DNA of 64,000 nucleotides from Clostridium thermobutyricum (GTDB lineage Bacteria; Bacillota; Clostridia; Ch29): NCBI GenBank assembly GCA_016841565.1, contig JAENYX010000003.1, positions 14,030 to 78,029 of the forward strand, read 5' to 3'. Shown piece by piece: positions 57,101 to 64,000 of this stretch (position 1 is its first letter; each line of letters starts with the position of its first letter). The notes under the pieces were generated by a model. It saw only the letters and a program-made list of their open reading frames with translations, ran no database searches and was not told where the DNA came from. The position numbers and the translations under genes were made by a program.

Positions 57101-59545
57101 TCATTCCTCGGCAGGATATATATCCGAAAACTCAATACTGATTCTCTCGGCTTTTGAATCTTTTCCATTATCAGTATACCGGCAAGGCGTCTTTTTTTCG
57201 TCGGTGAGTCTGGCCGGCAGCTTTATAAAAAACTCTGTTCCCTTGCCATAGTCGCTTTCAACCCATATATGGCCATTATGCATCTCCACAAGGGATTTTA
57301 CAAGGGAAAGGCCTATACCGCTTCCCTCATGACCGCGCGAAAAAGACTGATCAACCTGGCGGAATCTTTCGAATATTATATCGGTTTTATCCGGCGGGAT
57401 GCCAGTTCCGGTATCTTTTATTGATATTTGGATATGGTCTTCCATGTCGTGTATGCGTACATATATTATCCCGCCGCGTTTTGTGAACTTTATTGCATTT
57501 GAAAGAAGGTTCAGTATAATTCTTTCAATCATATCCGGATCACAGGCAGTAACCTTTTCTTCCACATCGGTATCAAATATAAGTTCAATTCCTTTGCTCC
57601 TTGTATAGTCCACCGCCGACAGGGTTATGTCCTCCACCACCTTTACAATGTCACAGTTTGCCATATACAGTTCAAAATACTGGGCCTCTATTTTAGTAAT
57701 GTCAATAAGGTTGTTTATAAGCCGTATAAGCCTGAAAATATTTTGCTTCATTATTTTTGTCTGCTTTCGGAAACCATCCAGGCTGCGACACGGCACATCA
57801 TTCTTCAGATATATCTCCAGGACCTGGGTTGATGCAAACACCATATGTATTGGCGTTCTGAACTCATGGGACAGATTGGCGAAAAACTCACTTCTTATTC
57901 TTTCATACTCCTCTGCCTGGCTGAGCATTTGCTCTTTCTGATATACATTCTTCTCAAGATCGGCTATGCGCTTCCGGTATGATATATCACGAGCGTATAC
58001 CAGGAAGTAATCTCTTCCCTTATAATGTATCGAAGCAGCTGTCGATTCAATGTCCACCACCGTTCCATCGGTTTTAACAATTTTTAGTTCCACCGCCGGT
58101 ACGGTGCACCCGGAGGTTTGTATTTGACTTACCCTGCCCTGTGCCAGATCTGAATAATCAGGGTGAATAAACTCTGAAACCGGTTTTCCCGATAGCAGGT
58201 CAGCACTGCTTACACCTAAAAGCTTTGCCCCTGTTGAGTTTGCATATTCAATGCTGTAATCATGCAAAATGAATATTGAATCAGGTGAAAGCTCCACCAA
58301 TTTCTTATATCTTTCTTCGCTTTCCTGAAGCTCATTTTGGAATTTTTTACGCTCGGTCACGTCTCTTGCTATGGACATAGCCATTCTTTCACCGCCTTGC
58401 ATAAAAATATGAGCGCTTATTTCAACGGGTATTTCCCGGCCGCTTTTGGTCACATGTACCGTTTCAAATACCGAACGGTCTGTTTCGAAAAGTACTTTTG
58501 TATTGCCGGTAATTTTATATATCATATCTTTGTGGTCTATGTCTGCAGGTGACATGCAAAGCAGTTCTTTCCTGGAATACTCCAGTCTTTGACATGCTGT
58601 GTCATTTACTTCAGCAAAAACCCCCGGCATTCCGTTTTCTTCGAACTTATGAAGAAAAATCATATCATTTGCGTTGTTAAACAGTGTTCTGTATTTCTCT
58701 TCACTGATACGAAGTTCGTTTTCAATTTTTTTTCTTTGAGATATATCAGAGGCCATTGCCAATACGGCAGACTGTCCTTCGAATTCTACCTCTGAGGCCG
58801 ACACTTCCACATCCAGAAGCGACCCGTCGGGCAGTATTACCTTCTCTTCGGCAATAACTGCTTTCTCTCCCCGTTTTATTATCCCGGCTATTCTTTTCAA
58901 GGCAAAATCATGGTATTCAAAATGGATTAACTCCGTAATGGGCCGGCCTATTAAGCCGGAAGGGTGGGAGACACCTCCCAACTCTCTGGTTACCCTGTTG
59001 GCAAACAATATTTTTTCGCCGTCGTGGACAATTACCGCGTAGGGCAGGTTTTCAATAAGCTTGCGGCAACCATCTTCGCTTTCGCATAATTTTTTGTAAC
59101 AAGGATTTCTCCGGACCATATGCTGCAGTGGCTCTTGTTTTCCAGCAATTCTGTCCTCATCATCACCGGCAGGAGCTTCTTTAGTGTAAGCGGTATAAGC
59201 GCCGTAGCTTCTCAAAAAACTAATGGTTGAAGATATGGTAATAAACATTACTGTGTATATAATATCATCATTAAGCGGCAGAGAAAACGAGACCGGCAGA
59301 ACGTTGTCAAGAATCAGCCATGCGCCCAGAAATGCAGCCGTAATAATCCCCTTGTTTCCCCAGAAAAAAACCGACAGAACTATGGGTATATAGAACAATT
59401 GAATAAGCCCGGGATGCATGTGCTTTATATATACACAATACCAAACCATTCCCAGACAGGCCGCCGATGCGACTACTGCGCCAAGTTTAAAGGTATTACT
59501 GTTTAAAAAAAGGTTCAGGTTAGTCCTTCTGACCGAATTTTTCAA
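57101..59545 (-). CDS. multi-PAS sensor histidine kinase (N-terminal membrane anchor, at least 3 PAS/PAC domains, HisKA and HATPase_c; no REC)
   Basis: H-box ANLSHEFRTPI and the C-terminal catalytic domain (DTGTGIPPD...GSGIGLSL). The architecture resembles orphan sporulation (KinA-like) kinases. Confidence 0.8.
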   Translation of the reverse strand: MKNSVRRTNLNLFLNSNTFKLGAVVASAACLGMVWYCVYIKHMHPGLIQLFYIPIVLSVFFWGNKGIITAAFLGAWLILDNVLPVSFSLPLNDDIIYTVMFITISSTISFLRSYGAYTAYTKEAPAGDDEDRIAGKQEPLQHMVRRNPCYKKLCESEDGCRKLIENLPYAVIVHDGEKILFANRVTRELGGVSHPSGLIGRPITELIHFEYHDFALKRIAGIIKRGEKAVIAEEKVILPDGSLLDVEVSASEVEFEGQSAVLAMASDISQRKKIENELRISEEKYRTLFNNANDMIFLHKFEENGMPGVFAEVNDTACQRLEYSRKELLCMSPADIDHKDMIYKITGNTKVLFETDRSVFETVHVTKSGREIPVEISAHIFMQGGERMAMSIARDVTERKKFQNELQESEERYKKLVELSPDSIFILHDYSIEYANSTGAKLLGVSSADLLSGKPVSEFIHPDYSDLAQGRVSQIQTSGCTVPAVELKIVKTDGTVVDIESTAASIHYKGRDYFLVYARDISYRKRIADLEKNVYQKEQMLSQAEEYERIRSEFFANLSHEFRTPIHMVFASTQVLEIYLKNDVPCRSLDGFRKQTKIMKQNIFRLIRLINNLIDITKIEAQYFELYMANCDIVKVVEDITLSAVDYTRSKGIELIFDTDVEEKVTACDPDMIERIILNLLSNAIKFTKRGGIIYVRIHDMEDHIQISIKDTGTGIPPDKTDIIFERFRQVDQSFSRGHEGSGIGLSLVKSLVEMHNGHIWVESDYGKGTEFFIKLPARLTDEKKTPCRYTDNGKDSKAERISIEFSDIYPAEE

Positions 59546-59912
59546 ACACAGCCCCCCTTGTTATGTCAGCTTCATATTTGTCCAACCATATTCCTTTTAA
59601 TCTGTTTGTGCTGTCAGTGACGGAATATTTTTTATGACGTCATGGTAAAATTACTTAATTATAACAATAATTCGTGAAAAGTCTGTTGAATCCTACCGGA
59701 TTGCCTGCGCAACTTACGACATTTTCCGACCTTTATCAGCCGGGCCGGGTACACGGCTTCTATGTCTTTTATACAATAAACGAAGATGCGTCCATGGACT
59801 TTTTTGCTGAATTGGTTTATATTATAGACTGAAGAACAATCCGGTTCAGACTCAACAGCCTTTCGAACCAATTTATGGTGCTTATATACACTATAGAAAG
59901 TTGGTACTTATC

Positions 59913-61013
59913 ATGCTCAGAAAAAAGAAGCCCAATAAAGTATACCTTATATTGTTATTTCCATTGGCATTGGCCTGCACTTTTCTGGCATCCCGTTTCC
60001 CCCATGTGGTGGAGCGGTACTATTCCAGGACGGTATACAGCTACTTTTCCCAGGTAATAAGCAGCATTACCGGAATATTTCCCTTTTCGGTTGCTGAAAT
60101 AATGGTGGTTCTGGCTGCCGGGCTTTCAGCAATCGGTGCTTTATACGGAATTGTAGAGATTTACAAAAACCCCGGTAAAAGAACGGGGCTTCTTATCAGG
60201 CAGTTGTCAATTGCAGCGGCGGTGGTAAGCCTTGTTTACTTCTTATTTATTGTGTCCTGGGGTCTGAATTATCACCGGGTATCCGTCGCTTCCATTGCAA
60301 ATATGGAGGTGAGGGAGGCTTCGGTGGAGGAACTGGAATCCCTGTGCAGGTATTTGATTGACAAGGCAAACGGGCTCAGGGAGCTGGTGGCGGAGGACCG
60401 GGACGGTGTAATGGTTTCCCCGGAGGGAGTCAGAGATATGCTGGAAAGGGCATATAAGGGCTATCAGGCTGCATCGGAAGTGTATCCCTGGCTGGGCGGC
60501 AAATACGGCCGGCCCAAGGGTGTAATGCTGTCGGAGGTTTTATCATATCAGGGGATAGGAGGTATTTATATTCCCTTTACCGTTGAAGCCAATGTGAACG
60601 TTTCGGAGCCTCATTTCATGATACCCTTCACAGCTTCCCATGAAATGGCCCATCAAAGGGGATTTGCCAGGGAGGATGAGGCCAATTATATCGGTTACTT
60701 GACTTCCACCATGCATCCCGACATAGACTACCAGTATTCCGGTACAATGGCCGCCCTGCAGTATTCCATGAATGCTTTGGGAAGGCAGGATATTGAAAGG
60801 TACAGACAGCTCAGGGAGGAATACGGCAAAGGGGTAGCCAGGGACTTTAAGGCATGGAGTGATTACTGCAGCAGGTACGAGGGTTTTGTAAGCCAGGCCA
60901 CCGATCGTATTAACGATGCCTATTTGCAGGCCAATTCCCAAAGCGATGGTGTGCAAAGCTACGGCAGGATGGTTGATCTGCTGATTGCCCATTACCGGGA
61001 TACTATTGAATAA
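59913..61013 (+). CDS. DUF3810-family membrane protein with a HExxH-like motif (putative zinc peptidase)
   Basis: N-terminal TM segments and an ASHEMAH motif. The ATG 59913 start is chosen over the upstream TTG. Confidence 0.55.
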   Translation: MLRKKKPNKVYLILLFPLALACTFLASRFPHVVERYYSRTVYSYFSQVISSITGIFPFSVAEIMVVLAAGLSAIGALYGIVEIYKNPGKRTGLLIRQLSIAAAVVSLVYFLFIVSWGLNYHRVSVASIANMEVREASVEELESLCRYLIDKANGLRELVAEDRDGVMVSPEGVRDMLERAYKGYQAASEVYPWLGGKYGRPKGVMLSEVLSYQGIGGIYIPFTVEANVNVSEPHFMIPFTASHEMAHQRGFAREDEANYIGYLTSTMHPDIDYQYSGTMAALQYSMNALGRQDIERYRQLREEYGKGVARDFKAWSDYCSRYEGFVSQATDRINDAYLQANSQSDGVQSYGRMVDLLIAHYRDTIE

Positions 61014-61102
61014 TCAGGGTATGCCGGAGCAATATGTCGGTAAAGAGGATTGTGTTACCCATTAAAAATTAGAGATTAGAAAAACAGAGGTGGGGGATTA
61101 GG

Positions 61103-61576
61103 ATGAAAAAAACAAAAAAAATAGCAGTTTCGGGCCTTGTCATAGCCGTTTATGTTGTACTCATGTATTTCACACAGAGTTTTGCCTTTGGACAGTATCA
61201 GGTGCGCATAGCCACGGGATTGTACGCCCTGGCCTATCATTTTCCCTTTCTTGTGATACCGCTGGGGGCCGCAAACCTGCTTAGCAACACCGTTATGGGC
61301 GGGTTGGGCATATATGACACGCTGGGCGGATTTCTTGCCGGATTTCTGACGGCGGGAGGCATTGTTATATTAAAAAGGTTTACAAAGAACAAAGTTGTAC
61401 TGCTGTTGCCCATAGCAGTGGTGCCCAGCCTGCTGGTGCCCATTTGGCTTAGCATTCTTTTGAACATACCATACTGGATGCTGGTGGCTTCGGTAGGCGT
61501 AGGACAGTTCATCAGCGCATATACCCTGGGTCTTCTTATAATCAGGGCGGAATACCTGAGGAAACTTGCCGGGTAA
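61103..61576 (+). CDS. queT: QueT-family queuosine-precursor transporter (ECF-type S component-like)
   Basis: 157 aa with ~5 TM helices and a QueT/COG4708-like N-terminus (KKIAVSGLVIAVYVVLMYFTQSFAFGQYQVRIATGLY). Confidence 0.6.
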   Translation: MKKTKKIAVSGLVIAVYVVLMYFTQSFAFGQYQVRIATGLYALAYHFPFLVIPLGAANLLSNTVMGGLGIYDTLGGFLAGFLTAGGIVILKRFTKNKVVLLLPIAVVPSLLVPIWLSILLNIPYWMLVASVGVGQFISAYTLGLLIIRAEYLRKLAG

Positions 61577-61587
61577 ACTTACATAAA

Positions 61588-61621
61588 TAAAATCCCCTTT
61601 GTTTGTTAAAGGGGATTTTTA
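61588..61621 (+). terminator. rho-independent terminator of queT
   Basis: AAAATCCCCTTTg-ttt-gttAAAGGGGATTTTT, an 11-bp stem plus a T-tract. Confidence 0.8.
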
Positions 61622-61816
61622 TATGCCTCAATACTTCCCTACATACTCCCAGCCGGTGGGTATTCCTCTTTGGCCGAGCGACCGGGGGATGTCCTTTGCA
61701 GAACCGCGTGACATTAATTGCAACATAATTACTGGATTTGTTAAAATCAATAAAAATATTGCAAAAGGTTTCAAAAATGAGTATAATAATAACAATAATA
61801 GATTGAGGTTGAGGAT

Positions 61817-62611
61817 ATGAATTATAAAAAAGTTGAGAAACACTTAACAATTCCTGCAGAAAGACAAAAGCAGATAGTGGAATTTGTGCAGAAAAACGGC
61901 AGTGCACAGATTAAGGTTCTGGCCGATTATCAGAACGTTTCGGAAGCTACCATACGAAGAGATTTGGACGAGCTTGCCGATTTGGGCCTTATTGAAAGAA
62001 CCCATGGCGGTGCCATGGCGATAGACAGCAGCACATCCTTTGAACATAAGCATAGTGAAAAAATGAACATAATGCTGACGGAAAAACGCAATATTGCAAA
62101 GGCCGCTACTTCACTGATTAGAGACGGAGACACAATTTTTCTCGATTCAGGAACAACAACATACTTTATAGCGCAAAACCTAGGCGGCTTCAGGGATTTA
62201 ACAGTAATAACACATGATTTGCAGATTGGAAACACTGCCATACTCCATCCCACATCCACACTTATAGTGACGGGAGGAATACGGAGGGAAGAATTCAGTG
62301 TGCTGGTGGGCTCGTTAACCGAAAATTTTATAAAGGAACTGAAAGTGAACAAGGTATTTCTGGGGGCCGATGCCGTTGATGTAGAGAGTGGTGTGTTCAA
62401 TGCAAACTTTATAGAAGTAGGCATAAAAAAACTTCTGCTTACAATATCAAAACACATTATCCTGGTTGCCGACACCAGCAAATTTTCAAGGAGCGCATTG
62501 GCCAGGGTATGCAAGATTGAAAGCATAGAAACAATAATTACCGATAACAATCTTTCGCCGGAAGTAAAGAATCAGATAGAGAAAAACGGTGTGCGGCTAA
62601 TCCTTGTATAA
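61817..62611 (+). CDS. DeoR/GlpR-family transcriptional regulator
   Basis: N-terminal HTH (QIKVLADYQNVSEATIRRDLDEL) and a C-terminal DeoR sugar-phosphate-binding domain. A TTGCAA-N17-TATAAT promoter lies upstream. Confidence 0.85.
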   Translation: MNYKKVEKHLTIPAERQKQIVEFVQKNGSAQIKVLADYQNVSEATIRRDLDELADLGLIERTHGGAMAIDSSTSFEHKHSEKMNIMLTEKRNIAKAATSLIRDGDTIFLDSGTTTYFIAQNLGGFRDLTVITHDLQIGNTAILHPTSTLIVTGGIRREEFSVLVGSLTENFIKELKVNKVFLGADAVDVESGVFNANFIEVGIKKLLLTISKHIILVADTSKFSRSALARVCKIESIETIITDNNLSPEVKNQIEKNGVRLILV

Positions 62612-62673
62612 TCACTCCAGGACTGGTATAAACTCCGTTTAATTTGCAGTTTTTAATATGCTAAAGGGGGATA

Positions 62674-63483
62674 ATGATGAGTTGGCTAAAGGATGTAATA
62701 GGAACAGAAAAAGCGGTTATTGCCATGTGTCATTTTAAGGCATTACCGGGAGATCCACAATATGATAAGAATAAGGGTATGGAATGGGTAGTCGAAAAAG
62801 CAAGGGAGGATTTTCTGGCATTACAGGAGGGCGGAGTTGACGCTGTAATGTTTTCAAATGAATTCAGTCTGCCCTATCTGACCGATGTTAGAAAAGAAAC
62901 GGTGGCTGCCATGGGCCGGGTAATTGGTGAGCTGAAGGCATTGATAAGAATACCCTATGGCGTTGATGTACTGTGGGATCCCTATGCTTCTATTGATCTG
63001 GCGGCTGCCACCGGAGCAAAATTCGTAAGGGAGATATTCAGCGGTGTATATGCCAGTGATTTTGGACTCTGGAATACCAACTTCGGTGCCGTTGTACGGC
63101 ACCAAAGAGAAACCGGTGCTGAAAATGTTAAATTGATGTTCAACATTGTACCCGAAGCGGCAAGGTATTTGGCCGACAGAAATATTAAGGACATAGCCAA
63201 ATCCACAGTGTTCAACTGCAAACCGGATGCTCTTTGCGTCTCGGGCCTGACGGCAGGAGCCCAGACCGATACACAGGTACTCAGAGATGTAAAGGATACT
63301 GTGCCCGATACCGTAGTATTTGCCAATACAGGCTGCAAAATTGGCAATATAGAAAAACAGTTATCAATAGCAGATGGCGCAGTAGTAGGCACTACCTTCA
63401 AAAAGGACGGAATTTTTCAAAACCAGGTTGATAAAGAAAGAGTAGCCGCTTTTATGGATAAGGTTAAAAAATTCAGGGAATAG
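62674..63483 (+). CDS. BtpA/SgcQ-family TIM-barrel protein
   Basis: 269 aa. The assignment rests on my recollection of the conserved N-terminal block (VIAMCHFKALPGDP) and family size. Confidence 0.55.
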   Translation: MMSWLKDVIGTEKAVIAMCHFKALPGDPQYDKNKGMEWVVEKAREDFLALQEGGVDAVMFSNEFSLPYLTDVRKETVAAMGRVIGELKALIRIPYGVDVLWDPYASIDLAAATGAKFVREIFSGVYASDFGLWNTNFGAVVRHQRETGAENVKLMFNIVPEAARYLADRNIKDIAKSTVFNCKPDALCVSGLTAGAQTDTQVLRDVKDTVPDTVVFANTGCKIGNIEKQLSIADGAVVGTTFKKDGIFQNQVDKERVAAFMDKVKKFRE

Positions 63484-63497
63484 TCAGGGGTTGTTTT

Positions 63498-64000
63498 ATG
63501 AAAGATGATAAGTATGTATTCGGTTATGATTTTGGTACGCAGTCCTGCCGACTGGTGGCAGTGTCAATCCCGGGCGGTGAAATAGCAGGCCAGGCAGAAA
63601 TGGAATACCCGAGCGGAGTGATATCACAGACTCTGCCGGGTACGGATGTCAAGCTTGGAGACAACTGGTATCTGCAAGACCCCAGGGATTACATCCTTGC
63701 GTTAACCACTTTAAGCAACGATGTGCTTAATAAAACAAAAATAAACCCTGAGGACGTCCTGGCAATAGGTACGGCGTTTACAAACTGTACAATGATGCCC
63801 ATAGATGAGGAAGGCAATGTGCTGTGTATGTCGGACAAATATAAAAACAATCCCCACAGCTGGGTGAAACTGTGGAAGCACCATGGCGCCGAAAGCTATG
63901 CCAAGGAAATGGAGGGCTATGCCAGGGCAAACCTGCCCCGTTTGAAGTACTACGGCAACAGTGTTTCTTCAGAATGGCTGTTTCCCAAAATACTTCAAAT
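63498..64000 (+). CDS. FGGY-family carbohydrate kinase (ribulokinase-like), 5' part; it continues beyond the window
   Basis: N-terminus YVFGYDFGTQSCRLVAV is the FGGY phosphate-1 motif. The frame is open to the window end. Confidence 0.7.
   Translation, partial: MKDDKYVFGYDFGTQSCRLVAVSIPGGEIAGQAEMEYPSGVISQTLPGTDVKLGDNWYLQDPRDYILALTTLSNDVLNKTKINPEDVLAIGTAFTNCTMMPIDEEGNVLCMSDKYKNNPHSWVKLWKHHGAESYAKEMEGYARANLPRLKYYGNSVSSEWLFPKILQ

Noticed and set aside
57051-57251. 66-aa ORF overlapping the 59-bp palindrome and the 3' end of the PAS kinase
   Set aside because: It is generated by the palindrome itself and overlaps a confident gene on the other strand.
59631-59642. ATGACGTCAT palindrome in the kinase/DUF3810 divergent region
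   Set aside because: A 10-bp palindrome is expected by chance at this scale, and I recognise no regulator consensus. It is noted only.
1-64000. Search for tRNA, rRNA, CRISPR repeats, transposase or integrase genes
   Set aside because: I found no cloverleaf-compatible segments, no regularly spaced short direct repeats and no recombinase-like ORFs. The only mobile-element-like signal is the toxin/immunity island, which is handled separately.

Overview
This 64-kb window looks like a gene-dense chromosomal region of an anaerobic, endospore-forming Firmicute (Clostridia-like). The evidence is GGAGG-type ribosome-binding sites, a gerA-family germinant-receptor operon, a multi-PAS orphan histidine kinase, a YjcZ-like peptide and three sigma-54 enhancer-binding proteins. 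Almost everything is on the + strand. The content is a string of substrate-uptake and catabolic modules.

1. 5.0-16.9 kb: a PrpR-N/PAS sigma-54 activator, then a -24/-12 promoter and an operon encoding a HIBADH-like dehydrogenase, an IlvD/EDD dehydratase, a TAXI-TRAP transporter, a VOC protein, a tungsten-type aldehyde:ferredoxin oxidoreductase (AOR) with a MoaD-like protein, and an MFS transporter.
2. 19.2-20.6 kb: tryptophanase with a structured leader.
3. 20.8-29.2 kb: a GntR/FadR-like regulator with palindromic operators, then an IPMS/HMGL-like enzyme, TctCBA, three dehydrogenases and a gamma-CA-like protein.
4. 30.3-37.6 kb: a second TAXI-TRAP transporter and a gerKA-KC-(D)-KB germinant-receptor operon flanked by a ~60-bp direct repeat.
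5. 37.9-45.6 kb: a PAS sigma-54 activator, a UAS palindrome and a perfect -24/-12 promoter, then a complete 3-hydroxybutyrate/acetoacetate catabolic operon (thiolase, scoAB, bdh, permease, hbd).
6. 46.4-48.5 kb: an AT-rich island holding a 5'-truncated polymorphic-toxin-like module plus a small immunity-like gene; its 3' junction (about 39 bp) is repeated onto the start of a sensor-kinase gene.
7. 48.5-55.6 kb: an SBP-domain histidine kinase and NtrC-type response regulator, a -24/-12 promoter, and a TAXI-DUF1850-TRAP transporter.
8. 55.8-64 kb: an ECF sigma factor with a Cys-rich C-terminal tail, a small Cys-rich protein, a convergent multi-PAS kinase, DUF3810, QueT, DeoR, BtpA/SgcQ and an FGGY kinase fragment.

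I saw no rRNA, tRNA, CRISPR array or transposase. The most unusual items are the orphan toxin/immunity island, several long perfect palindromes, a pseudogene remnant of a DUF2935 paralog, and the AOR-containing sigma-54 regulon.
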